Assembly (NCBI GenBank): GCA_009701715.1
Contig: WLJO01000010.1
Coordinates: 2,916-66,915 of the forward strand
Source: Actinomycetota bacterium
Lineage (GTDB): Bacteria; Actinomycetota; Acidimicrobiia; Acidimicrobiales; Ilumatobacteraceae
DNA: 64,000 bases
Direction of reading: 5' to 3'
Shown here: positions 45,127 through 54,558 of the stretch, piece after piece
Layout: the number at the start of each line of letters is the position of its first letter
Position numbering within the stretch: position 1 is the stretch's first letter
Program-made: the position numbers and the translations under genes
Notes under the pieces: model-generated
The model's input: the letters and a program-made list of their open reading frames with translations, nothing else
Database searches by the model: none
Told to the model about the DNA's origin: nothing

Positions 45127-45579
45127 TCAGTCGGTCACTGCCCACTGCAGCAGGGTGTGCGCGGGATCGTCCTCTGGATGGTGCTCGAACACGCCGTGCA
45201 GGCGAGCTCCGATGACGAGCGACTGCATCGGGTCACCGATGAGGTTCCCAACGACGCGCACGTTGTCGGCATGGGGAAGTTCGACGAGCACGATGATGTA
45301 CGGACCCTGCTCAGCGAGCGCCGGGTGCACCGGGTGCCACACGCGTTGATGGCTGTAGATGATGCCGTCAGGCTTTGTCTCCTCGTAGCGCAGATCAAAC
45401 GAGTGGCAGCGGTGGCACACGAACTCGGCACCCCACTGCCAACCGTTGCATCCATTGCAGCGCTGGAGCAGCAGGCGCTCCGACCTCAGGCCCTCCCAGA
45501 ACGGCGCATCGAGTCCATCGGAGTCGGGCACCGGCTTGGGCAATCCGGACCGAAGGTATGGCGTCATGGCGTTGCTCAC
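45127..45579 (-). CDS. Zn-ribbon OB-fold protein (DUF35 family)
   Basis: APFWEGL...LLLQRCNGCNGWQW...CHRC, then an OB fold. ATGA overlap with the thiolase-like gene. Confidence 0.8.
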   Translation of the reverse strand: MSNAMTPYLRSGLPKPVPDSDGLDAPFWEGLRSERLLLQRCNGCNGWQWGAEFVCHRCHSFDLRYEETKPDGIIYSHQRVWHPVHPALAEQGPYIIVLVELPHADNVRVVGNLIGDPMQSLVIGARLHGVFEHHPEDDPAHTLLQWAVTD

Positions 45580-46760
45580 AGCGTTGCCTCACTTCCGAAG
45601 ATGCACGAACTCACGGGGGTCACCATCGGGCCGGAGCCCACCATGGCCACATTCGCGCCGGGGATCTGACACGTGGACTCGCCCCAGATCTGGCGCACCG
45701 CTTCGATGTTCAGCCCGAGGCCGTGCATGTAGCACTCGGCAAGGTTGCCACCGCTTGTATTGAGTGGCAGTTTGCCCGAGGGTGCCAACAGGTTCTCGAT
45801 GGTAAAGAACTCATTGCATTCCTCGGGCGCACAGAAACCGTGCTCCACGATGCTCATGAGCACGCCGCCGGTGAAGTTCTCATAGCTCTGCAACACATCA
45901 ACATCGCTCGGCTTCATTCCCGCCATCGCGTACAGCCGGGGCGCCACGGTGGTGAAACCCGACGACGCGTACTCGGGTGTGTTGTGCACCGGCGCGCCGG
46001 CGCGGTGCTGCGACCCCGACACCGCAGCCATGACGTAGCACGGCTTGTGCGGGAAATCCTTCGCCCGTTCGGCCGACACGAGGATCATTGCGGCCGCGCC
46101 GTCGTTCTCCTGACAGCAGTCGAACAGGTGGAACGGTTCGGTGATCCAGCGCGACGAGTCGTACTTGGCCTCGTCGAGCGGCCGGTCGTACATCACGGCG
46201 CGCGGGTTGTGCTGTGCGTGCGCGTACGACGCCAGCGAGATCGCGCGCAACGCCTCCTGGTGCACGTCGTAGTCGTGCATGAAGCGGGTGACCTTCATGG
46301 CGAACATCTGCGCGGCCGACATCAGCCCGTAGGGGACGGTGTGCGCGGGGTGACCAGAAACCGTTCGGATGCGCGGTCCCTGGCCGAAGCGACCGAACTG
46401 ACCCTGGGCGAGGGCACGGAACACCACGACGCACTCGGCCTGGCCGGTTGCGATGGCGGCGGCGCCATTCGCCAACGCTCCGGAGCCTCCTCCCCCTCCG
46501 CCGCCCCACTGCATGCTGGCGAAGCTCAACTGTTTGCAGCCGAGCGCTGCGGACAACCGCGACGCCTCGCTGCGATCGTTGCTGTACGACGAGAACCCAT
46601 CGATGTCACGCGGATCGATGCCGGCATCTGCGCACGCCTTCAGCACCGCCTCGATCGCGAGCTTGAACTCGGGATCGGGTGACTTGCCCCATTTGTAGTA
46701 CTCGGTCTCTGCCACGCCGACGACCGCGGTCCTGCCTCGCAAGGTGCGTTCCGGGCTCAC
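45576..46760 (-). CDS. Thiolase-like lipid-transfer (SCP-x type) protein
   Basis: Thiolase fold about 390 aa long with the C-terminal NTSGGNLAECYMHG. Typical partner of DUF35 proteins. Confidence 0.85.
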   Translation of the reverse strand: MSPERTLRGRTAVVGVAETEYYKWGKSPDPEFKLAIEAVLKACADAGIDPRDIDGFSSYSNDRSEASRLSAALGCKQLSFASMQWGGGGGGGSGALANGAAAIATGQAECVVVFRALAQGQFGRFGQGPRIRTVSGHPAHTVPYGLMSAAQMFAMKVTRFMHDYDVHQEALRAISLASYAHAQHNPRAVMYDRPLDEAKYDSSRWITEPFHLFDCCQENDGAAAMILVSAERAKDFPHKPCYVMAAVSGSQHRAGAPVHNTPEYASSGFTTVAPRLYAMAGMKPSDVDVLQSYENFTGGVLMSIVEHGFCAPEECNEFFTIENLLAPSGKLPLNTSGGNLAECYMHGLGLNIEAVRQIWGESTCQIPGANVAMVGSGPMVTPVSSCIFGSEATL

Positions 46761-48010
46761 GAACGCGCCGATTTCGCAGCCTTGGCCGCGTCCGCGTGCC
46801 CGAGGTAGCGCTCGGGGATCGGGAACCGAAAGATGCGCGCGCTGTTCAGCCCGAGGATGCGGGAGCGCTCGTCATCGGTGAGGTTCCTCATCGTGCGTTC
46901 GATGGTCTGCGCCGAGTGCGGCCATGTGCCCTCGTGGTGCGGGAAGTCGTTGGCCCACAGGAAGTTGTCGACGAGGCCATGCTCGCGGGCGAGGTCGAGA
47001 CCTGCCGGATCATCCTGAAAAGTCGCGAAGCCCTGACGCTTGAAGTACTCGCTCGGCAGCATGTCCAGTTTCGGGCGCACCCACATGTGGTGCTTCTTGT
47101 ACGCCTCGTCCATCGCCTGCAGGGCCCAAGGCACCCAGCCGATGCCTGCCTCGATGGAGCCGAACCGCAGTGTCGGAAACGTCTCGGCCACACCCGATGC
47201 GCAGATGTTGACGATCGGTTCCATCGTGGGGGCCAGCGAGTGCACCGCGTAGTTGATGATGGCGCCACCGCGGCTACGGGCTGTGCGCGGGTCCCGCCCG
47301 GTGGAGACGTGGAACGTGACGGGCAGGTCCACATCGCAGACGGCCGCCCACAACCGGTCGTATTCCTTCAGGTTGTAGTTCGGGTCCTCGTGGTCGGGCG
47401 GCCCGAACAGCGGCTTGCACGGCAGCGACAGCCCACGGAAGCCGAGCCCGGCGCAGCGCTGCAGCTCGGCGATCGAGGCGTCGATGTCAGCCGGCGCGAT
47501 ACAGGCCAGTGGGGCGAGGCGGTCGTTGAATGCGGAGAACGTTTCCCACGCCCAGTCGTTGTAGGCCCGGCACATCACGCCCGAGAACTCGGGGTCCCTC
47601 GTTGCCCACATGGTGAGCCCCTTGTTCGGGAACAGGACCTCAGCGTCCACACCATCGGCCGCGAGGTCGGCCACACGGTCCTCGGGTGTCCTGCCCGAAG
47701 CGTTGCGCAACTTGTCCTCCCCCTCCAGCACGGTCGTCATCATTGAGAGTGGTTGGCGGAAGCCCTCCGTCTTCTGCGCCTGGCTGCCTCCCGGCAACAG
47801 GATCACGCCGGGCAGACGGTCGTGGTAGCGCTTGTCGATCCGCTCGTGCCACAGGTTGGACGGCTCCTGCACATGACCGTCGGCAGAGGCCATGAAGTAC
47901 TTGTCGGCGGCATCGGGGTGCGGCGAACGTTCCCATCCCTCACTGCCCGGTGTCTCGAGGCGCCACTCGTTGTTGGCATCCGGCGGCGGAATGACGGCTC
48001 GCAGCGTCAT
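46757..48010 (-). CDS. Amidohydrolase_2 family protein (ACMSD/LigW-like decarboxylase/hydrolase fold)
   Basis: DGHVQEP near the N-terminus, WANDFPHHEGTWPHS near the C-terminus. 4-nt overlap with the downstream thiolase-like gene. Confidence 0.8.
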   Translation of the reverse strand: MTLRAVIPPPDANNEWRLETPGSEGWERSPHPDAADKYFMASADGHVQEPSNLWHERIDKRYHDRLPGVILLPGGSQAQKTEGFRQPLSMMTTVLEGEDKLRNASGRTPEDRVADLAADGVDAEVLFPNKGLTMWATRDPEFSGVMCRAYNDWAWETFSAFNDRLAPLACIAPADIDASIAELQRCAGLGFRGLSLPCKPLFGPPDHEDPNYNLKEYDRLWAAVCDVDLPVTFHVSTGRDPRTARSRGGAIINYAVHSLAPTMEPIVNICASGVAETFPTLRFGSIEAGIGWVPWALQAMDEAYKKHHMWVRPKLDMLPSEYFKRQGFATFQDDPAGLDLAREHGLVDNFLWANDFPHHEGTWPHSAQTIERTMRNLTDDERSRILGLNSARIFRFPIPERYLGHADAAKAAKSARS

Positions 48011-48124
48011 GGTGTACGACCTCTCCCGGCTCTTCCATAAAGCCTGATCGAATCATGTCATTGTCGCCGATGCACAACAAGCGGACGAGGCGGGCTACGA
48101 AGACGTAGAGGCCATCCAGCAGCG

Positions 48125-48853
48125 CTAGCGAGCGGCGAGGGCAACCAGACCAACGGTCTCGAGCACGACTCCGGCAGCACCGAGGACGTCCCCGGTGTAC
48201 CCACCGAGTCGGCGCCGCCCGAGCAACAGAACACCGACACCACCGGCGATTGCGGCAATCGCCACGCCCGTACCAAGCACTGCACCGCGTCCGAGCATCA
48301 GGCCACCGAGCCCGAGCGCGAGTGAGAGTCCGGCGATGCCGGCCGTCCGGGCAGTGGGCCCGGTGCGCCCGAATACGTTGCCCAGACCACCGTTCGGGCG
48401 CGCGTACGGCATCGTGTTCATGGCGGTGACCATCAGGCCGCGGCTGAGTGCCCAGATACCAGCGGACGCCGCAACCATTTGTGCGCCGCGCAGTCCGTTC
48501 GAGCCGAGCGCGGCCCAGCGCAGGACGAGCATCAGCACCACGGTGGCCACGGCAAACGCGCCGGTGTCCGGAGTACGCATCACGGCAAGACGTCGCTCGC
48601 GATCCATGTGTGGCAGCAGTCCATCTGCCGTGTCGGCGAGTCCATCAATGTGGAGAAGCCCGGTAAGCACCAGGTCCGTGGCGAGAGCAAGACCACCGGC
48701 AACCGCCGGGGGCCACCACTGTGACGCGCCCCACCACACGAGGCCGACCAGCGCGCCGATCGCTGCACCGACCACCGGGAACCATGGTTGCTGCGACGGG
48801 TCCGGTCGGCGCCCGCGACCGAAGATGGTGAGGAATGCCAGGGCACCGATCAA
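48125..48853 (-). CDS. cobS: Adenosylcobinamide-GDP ribazoletransferase
   Basis: LAFLTIFG...LHIDGLADTADGL motif in a polytopic membrane protein. TTG 48853 gives a TTGA overlap with the cobU stop; the ORF track starts at 48883. Confidence 0.85.
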   Translation of the reverse strand: MIGALAFLTIFGRGRRPDPSQQPWFPVVGAAIGALVGLVWWGASQWWPPAVAGGLALATDLVLTGLLHIDGLADTADGLLPHMDRERRLAVMRTPDTGAFAVATVVLMLVLRWAALGSNGLRGAQMVAASAGIWALSRGLMVTAMNTMPYARPNGGLGNVFGRTGPTARTAGIAGLSLALGLGGLMLGRGAVLGTGVAIAAIAGGVGVLLLGRRRLGGYTGDVLGAAGVVLETVGLVALAAR

Positions 48854-49371
48854 CGCGGACCGGCCTCGTCCGGGGGCAGCCACATCGTGCGACCGGCAAC
48901 GACAAGGGCAACGTCATGAGCAATCGCGGCAACGGCCTGATTGAGGTGACCGAGCGCGTCGACGAACAGGCGTCCGAGTTCGGTGCCGGGGTGAACAGCC
49001 AGGCCGACCTCTTCGGACACCACCACGGTGGTTCCGGTGCGGGCAGCGAGCGCAGTGACCAGCGCGGGCACATCGGCCACGAAGTCGTGATGAGCGGCGA
49101 GCCACGTGCCGAGCGAGTCGACGAGGACAGCCCCAGTGGGCAGGCGCGTGAGTGTTCTGGCGAGGTCTGCCCCGCACTCGACGGTGACCCACGTTGACGG
49201 GCGCCGAGCCCGGTGGAGTGCGATGCGGTCCCCCATGCCGTCGCCGTCCGCCGTGCCGGTGGCGAGATACGTCACCGGGCCCTCCGCGCTTGCGGCGAGA
49301 CGCTCGGCAACCTCGGACTTGCCGCTGCGCGTGCCGCCGAGTACGAGCACGAGTCGCGAAGCTTCGGGCAT
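48850..49371 (-). CDS. cobU: Adenosylcobinamide kinase / adenosylcobinamide-phosphate guanylyltransferase
   Basis: P-loop LVLGGTRSGKSEVAE, YLATG and HRARRP motifs. Confidence 0.85.
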   Translation of the reverse strand: MPEASRLVLVLGGTRSGKSEVAERLAASAEGPVTYLATGTADGDGMGDRIALHRARRPSTWVTVECGADLARTLTRLPTGAVLVDSLGTWLAAHHDFVADVPALVTALAARTGTTVVVSEEVGLAVHPGTELGRLFVDALGHLNQAVAAIAHDVALVVAGRTMWLPPDEAGPR

Positions 49372-49446
49372 GCCATGAGGCTAGGAGGTCGTGGCGGCAG
49401 CACCATCAGCGTTCTAGGGTGTTTGCACCGACTGGAAGGAGTCACC

Positions 49447-51981
49447 GTGAGCGAGCCTGCTGTGCCGGCTCTGAAGTCCGAGTCGTCACACGAGCTTGCG
49501 CTCGACGACCTGACCGGGCCACTGGTCATCCAACGCCTGCTCCGTTACGCGAAGCAGCAACCGGATGCGCCTGCGGTCTGTGACCTCGTCGATACGTGGA
49601 CGTTCGCCGAACTCATGGGTCGCGCGGCCGCCGTTGCCCGACAGATCAGTGAAGGCGGCGCGTCGGGTCCGATCGTGCTTCTCGTGGATCGCGGCGTTGA
49701 TTCGGTAGCCGGAGTACTCGGTGTGCTGTGGGCCGGGTCGATGCTGATCCCCGTCGATGCGAGCGAGCCGACTGACCGGATTCTCGAGGTTGCCGGGCGC
49801 TGCGGGACCACCCGGGTCGTCGATGCCACTGCCCGACCACGGTCGCTGATCACGGGGCTTCACGTGGAACCGATCACCCGGGACACCATCGGGTTGTCGC
49901 ACTGGCCCGAGCCGACCATGCGGCGCAGTGATACGCCGATGCTGGTGCTTTTCACCTCGGGATCCACCGGCCGGGCGAAGGGGGTCCTGCGGACGCTCGA
50001 CGACCTCAACGAATTGGTGATACTCGGCGAACGGTCACAGAAGCTCTACTTCCCCTGCCGGACCGCCGTCTTCATGCCGATCAATTGGCTCGGTGGGCTG
50101 AACGCAGGAGTGTTTGGTCTCTCGTCGGGTCGCTTCACCGTGTTCGTCGATCCAACGGAATCGTCAACTAACGACCTGCTCGCCCGCCTCACGAGGTTGG
50201 GAGTGGAGCAGTTGATGATGCCCGCTTCGTTGTTGCGGGCGATCTCGACGAATCGAGGGTCTGGTTCTGCGTCCTCGACGGTCCGACGTCTCGTGACGAT
50301 GGGTGACGCGCTCTACTGGGCAGACGTCGAGGCTGCTGCGGCCTGTTTCGGGCCGGATGTCTCGGTGACCACGATGTATGGCGCCACCGAGGGGAACGGA
50401 ATGTTCGGCATCAACACCGTCAGCACCACCGGTCCATTTGGCATTGGGCTGCTGCCGATCGGGTGCCCGGCGCCGACCCTGACGGTGAGGCTCGATTTCG
50501 ACAACGTCACTGACGAACAGCGCGAGGCAGCTATCGGCGAGCTGATCTTCCGCGATGCGCTGAGTGCTGGTTACCTCGACGATGCTGAACTCAACGAGCG
50601 GCGCTTCGGAATCGACCTTGACGGTGTGCGCATCTGGCGATCTGGCGATCTCGTGCAGGTTGATGCGGAGGGGGTGATCCACCTTCGAGGTCGCATCGAC
50701 GACATGGTGAAGATCAATGGCAAGTTGGTGGAGCCAGCCGAGCCCGAGCGGGTGTTGCGGAGTATCCCCGGTGTGGTGAACGTGGTCGTCCTGCCCCGCC
50801 GGTTGCCGTCGGGCCATCACCAACTCGTGGCACACGTGGAGGCAGATCCCGCCTTGTCGGACTCCGACCTGCGGACGGCGCTACACCACGAGCTTCCCGC
50901 TCATCTGGTGCCGGGCCTGCTGGTGCGCCATTCGGTACTTCCTCTCACCGATCGGGGCAAGGTGGATCGGGAAGCGCTCGCGACGGCGTTGCCCCCACGT
51001 GGACTTGGGGCCACTCCGGGACAGGATGACGATCGGCTCGTGCAGGCAGTGCTCTCGATCGCCCGACTCGTTCTGGACGTCGCCGACGTCGAGGCTGACG
51101 AGTCGTTGTTCGATCTTGGCATGGACTCGCTCGGCGCGATTGAGTTTGCCGCGCTCGTCAACGAGGCCGGTGAGGGTCACCTCGAGGCCAACGATCTCGC
51201 TGCCGCGAACACCTGTCGCCTCATCGCTGCACATATGAGGGAGCAACGCTCGCGGCGCACGCCTCGTTCCACCGTGTTCAACGAAGGAGGCAAAAACCGT
51301 GCGTTCTTCTTCGTTGCGGGGGGCGGTGGGTTCCCGCTCTCATACCGGGCACTCGCTATCGAACTCGGTGCCGAACAACCGCTGGTGGTGCTCGAGCAGC
51401 GCGGACTCCGCTCACACTCTTGGCCGGACCGTACCATTGCGTCCGCAGCGCGCCGGCACCTGCGGGAGGTGCGTCGCATCCAGCCGCAGGGCCCGTACTT
51501 ACTCGGCGGTCATTCGTACGGCGGCGTCGTAGCGCACCATGCCGCGCTACTGCTCGCCGGATCGGGTGAAGAGGTGGCGCTTGTGGTGCTGGACTCAGTC
51601 CGGTCCCTACGCCCGGAGGACTTCGTGCCCGAGGTCATCCGGCTGAGGCAGTCCCCGACCCCGGTTCATGCCCTGAAGTGGCTGAAGTGGCGTGGAGTGA
51701 CTGTCTGGAGACGGACTGCCGGACTTCGTGCCCCACTGGGCAGTGTTGATCGGTTCACGGTGTTCTATCGATGGGCGCTCCACGCGTTGACGAGACACCA
51801 CGTGGCACCGATAGCGGTCCCGGTGCTCTATGTGTGCGCCGAGACCGGCAACCCACACGAGTGGGACGACCACCCGAACATGAGTCTCGCGCTCGTCGGC
51901 GGCGATCACCTCACGATGCTGCAGCCGCCACACGTGTCGGATGTAGCGGAGGTTGTCCGCTCCTTCCTCAGCGGTCCATGA
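49447..51981 (+). CDS. NRPS-like tridomain enzyme: adenylation - thiolation - thioesterase (A-T-TE), copy 1
   Basis: A-domain cores LFTSGSTGRAKGV, MYGATE, WRSGDLV, GRIDDMVKINGKLVEP and LPLTDRGKVDR. PCP motif FDLGMDSLGAIE. TE motifs GHSYGG and GGDHLTM. No condensation domain. GTG 49447 lies 6 nt after GGAAGGAG. Confidence 0.85.
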   Translation: MSEPAVPALKSESSHELALDDLTGPLVIQRLLRYAKQQPDAPAVCDLVDTWTFAELMGRAAAVARQISEGGASGPIVLLVDRGVDSVAGVLGVLWAGSMLIPVDASEPTDRILEVAGRCGTTRVVDATARPRSLITGLHVEPITRDTIGLSHWPEPTMRRSDTPMLVLFTSGSTGRAKGVLRTLDDLNELVILGERSQKLYFPCRTAVFMPINWLGGLNAGVFGLSSGRFTVFVDPTESSTNDLLARLTRLGVEQLMMPASLLRAISTNRGSGSASSTVRRLVTMGDALYWADVEAAAACFGPDVSVTTMYGATEGNGMFGINTVSTTGPFGIGLLPIGCPAPTLTVRLDFDNVTDEQREAAIGELIFRDALSAGYLDDAELNERRFGIDLDGVRIWRSGDLVQVDAEGVIHLRGRIDDMVKINGKLVEPAEPERVLRSIPGVVNVVVLPRRLPSGHHQLVAHVEADPALSDSDLRTALHHELPAHLVPGLLVRHSVLPLTDRGKVDREALATALPPRGLGATPGQDDDRLVQAVLSIARLVLDVADVEADESLFDLGMDSLGAIEFAALVNEAGEGHLEANDLAAANTCRLIAAHMREQRSRRTPRSTVFNEGGKNRAFFFVAGGGGFPLSYRALAIELGAEQPLVVLEQRGLRSHSWPDRTIASAARRHLREVRRIQPQGPYLLGGHSYGGVVAHHAALLLAGSGEEVALVVLDSVRSLRPEDFVPEVIRLRQSPTPVHALKWLKWRGVTVWRRTAGLRAPLGSVDRFTVFYRWALHALTRHHVAPIAVPVLYVCAETGNPHEWDDHPNMSLALVGGDHLTMLQPPHVSDVAEVVRSFLSGP

Positions 51982-52038
51982 TGCCTCGACAACCTTGATC
52001 TGTATTGGACAAGTAAGGCCCGCGGGCTTCGTAGCAGA

Positions 52039-54510
52039 ATGCGTGAGATGGAATCCCGCATTGCCACCGCTATCCACCGACTCGGTGGTGATCGGGGTAA
52101 TGACCCAGCCCTCACCGATCTCGAGACCACCTGGACCTTCGGTGAGCTTGCGTCACAGGCGGCGGCAGTGGCGGCGCAACTCTCGGAACAACCCGACTCC
52201 TCCTCGGTGGGACTTCTCACCGATCGACACCTTTCGTCAGTGGCAGCGGTGATCGGCACTCTCTGGTCCGGTCGGGGGCAGGTTGTTCAGGACGTTGACG
52301 AACCGGTTGAGCGGCTCGCCGAATTGTTCGCGCGCGCCGGTGTCGGTGTGGTGCTCGACGCGACAGGCAACGGACCGGGCCGGGTAGGAGACCACGAGGT
52401 TCTCGCGCTCCGCAAGCCGATCGCGGACCCAGCACAGTGGATTCCCGTCCGGCAGGTGGGCGGCAACGCCCAGTGCTCGGTGCAGTTCACGTCCGGATCG
52501 ACGGGTCGGGCTAAAGGGGTGGTGAAGTCGTTCGTCACCTACGAGACGAATCTTGACGTCTGGGGGACGTACTCCGCGCTCCTCGAGCCAAAGCGAACCG
52601 CTGTCGCCATGCCGCTGCAGTTCGCCGCTGGTATCAGTCCGGTGGTATTCGGATTGACGACTGGCCGGTTCACGATGCTCGTCGATCCACGCGTGCATTC
52701 CACTGCGCTCTTGCTCGCCAGTCTGGGCGAGTACGGGATAGAGCGTCTTCATGCCACGCCTTCGTTCCTTCGCTCGCTCTCGGCGGACAGAGCGTTGTTC
52801 GGTAACTACGACTTGCGAAAGGTTCGCGAGATATGGCTCACCGGCGAGCCAGCGGTGTGGGGTGATGTGGCGCTCGCCCGGGAGCGTTTTGGCCCGCTGG
52901 TCACTGTGGTGTCGAACTACAGCGCAACCGAGGCGCTCGGCCCGCGCGCGTCAACCGTGATCGGCCCGCACGGGGCACTTGGCGAGGGACGTCTGCCGCT
53001 GGGCCGTCCAGTCACACCGGACGCGGTCCGTCTTGATCTCACTGGACGCACCGACGGGAGCGGCGAGTTGATCTACCGGGGCCTCCTGTCGGACGGGTAT
53101 CTCGACGATCCGGAGCTGAATGCGTCGCGCTATGGCGTTGATCCCGATGGTGTGCCTATCTGGCGGTCGGGCGATCTGGTGCAGATCGATGCGGAGGGGG
53201 TGATCCACCTTCGAGGTCGCATCGACGACATGGTGAAGATCAACGGCAAGCTGGTCGAGCCCGCCGAGGCCGAGCGAGTTCTGACGGCATTGCCCGGAAT
53301 GAGGAACGTCATCGTCCTGCCGCGAGCACTCCCCTCGGGCCGCCAACAGCTTGTGGCGCACCTCGAGACCGACGGATCGTTGACGCCCGCCGTCGTGAGG
53401 GCAGCGTTGAGTCGAGAGCTGCCGGCCAATCTCATCCCTTCCGTACTCGTTCAGCACGAGTCCCTTCCGCTGAACGATCGCGGCAAGGTGGATCGGGGGG
53501 CGCTGTCCTCGTTGCTGGTGAAACCGTGGAGGGAGGCGAACCCGGAGCCTGTGACTGACCGTCTGGTGGAGGCGGTGCTGTCGGTCGCCCGACTCGTTCT
53601 GGAGATTGACGACATCGGTGCTGATGAGTCGTTGCTCGATCTCGGTATGGACTCCCTCGGCGCGATCGAGTTCGTCGCGCTCGTGAACGAGGCAGGGGAG
53701 GGCCATCTCGAGGCGAACGATCTTGTTGCCGCGAACACCTGTCGCCTCATCGCCGAGCGTCTGCGTGCAGGGCACTCACGCCGCAGGACGCGGTCGACCA
53801 CCTTCAACGACGACGGACGCGAACGCCCGCTCTTCTTCGTTGCGGGCGGTGGGGGCTTTCCACTCACCTATCGGTCGTTGGCGATGGAGCTCGGTGTGGA
53901 GCAACCGTTGGTGGTGTTGGAGCAGCGGGGCTTGCGGAGCCGTGCGTGGCCGGAGCGCACTGTCGCTGCTGCAGCCCGGCATCACCTGCGCGAGGTTCGG
54001 CGTTTGCAGCCCGCCGGTCCGTACCTGCTCGCCGGACACTCGTACGGCGGCATCGTTGCTCACTGCATCGCCGGGATGCTCCATCGCCAGGGACACGACG
54101 TGTCGTTGATCGTGCTCGACTCGGTGCACTCGGTGAGGCGGGAGTTGTTCGTTCCCGAAGCCATCCGGACCCGGCAGTCGTCCCTCGCGATCCATGCGGT
54201 GAAGTGGGTCAAATGGAGATCGGTGTTGGCGTGGAGGAGGTTGGCAGGCCTTGCTACCCCGATCGGAAGCGTCGAACGTTTCGGTGTGTTCTTCCAGTGG
54301 GCACTGCACGCGTTGAATCGTCACACCGTGGAGCCCCTTGATGTACCAATGCTGGCGATCTGCGTGTCGGACGGGACGGCTCGGGAGTGGGAGGGGCACT
54401 TGACCGTCTCGATCACTCGTGTGAGCGGCGATCACCTCACGATGCTGCAGCCACCACACGTGTCAGATGTTGCGCAGGCCATGGGCACCTTCGTCAGTCG
54501 CGCTGGTTGA
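52039..54510 (+). CDS. NRPS-like tridomain enzyme A-T-TE, copy 2
   Basis: Same architecture: QFTSGSTGRAKGV, NYSATE, WRSGDLV, GRIDDMVKINGKLVEP, LPLNDRGKVDR, LDLGMDSLGAIE, GHSYGG, SGDHLTM. Confidence 0.85.
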   Translation: MREMESRIATAIHRLGGDRGNDPALTDLETTWTFGELASQAAAVAAQLSEQPDSSSVGLLTDRHLSSVAAVIGTLWSGRGQVVQDVDEPVERLAELFARAGVGVVLDATGNGPGRVGDHEVLALRKPIADPAQWIPVRQVGGNAQCSVQFTSGSTGRAKGVVKSFVTYETNLDVWGTYSALLEPKRTAVAMPLQFAAGISPVVFGLTTGRFTMLVDPRVHSTALLLASLGEYGIERLHATPSFLRSLSADRALFGNYDLRKVREIWLTGEPAVWGDVALARERFGPLVTVVSNYSATEALGPRASTVIGPHGALGEGRLPLGRPVTPDAVRLDLTGRTDGSGELIYRGLLSDGYLDDPELNASRYGVDPDGVPIWRSGDLVQIDAEGVIHLRGRIDDMVKINGKLVEPAEAERVLTALPGMRNVIVLPRALPSGRQQLVAHLETDGSLTPAVVRAALSRELPANLIPSVLVQHESLPLNDRGKVDRGALSSLLVKPWREANPEPVTDRLVEAVLSVARLVLEIDDIGADESLLDLGMDSLGAIEFVALVNEAGEGHLEANDLVAANTCRLIAERLRAGHSRRRTRSTTFNDDGRERPLFFVAGGGGFPLTYRSLAMELGVEQPLVVLEQRGLRSRAWPERTVAAAARHHLREVRRLQPAGPYLLAGHSYGGIVAHCIAGMLHRQGHDVSLIVLDSVHSVRRELFVPEAIRTRQSSLAIHAVKWVKWRSVLAWRRLAGLATPIGSVERFGVFFQWALHALNRHTVEPLDVPMLAICVSDGTAREWEGHLTVSITRVSGDHLTMLQPPHVSDVAQAMGTFVSRAG

Positions 54511-54558
54511 TTTCGCGGGTGACGCACCGACTCGGCGCCCACGTGGTGAGATGGGGGC

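Noticed and set aside
45375-47746. Two long plus-strand ORFs (435 and 355 aa)
   Set aside because: They are antisense to the thiolase-like and amidohydrolase genes, which have clear family signatures.
49372-49446. Possible cobalamin riboswitch in the divergent cobU / A-T-TE spacer
   Set aside because: The spacer is only 75 nt and lacks a recognisable B12-box. It is too short for the riboswitch.
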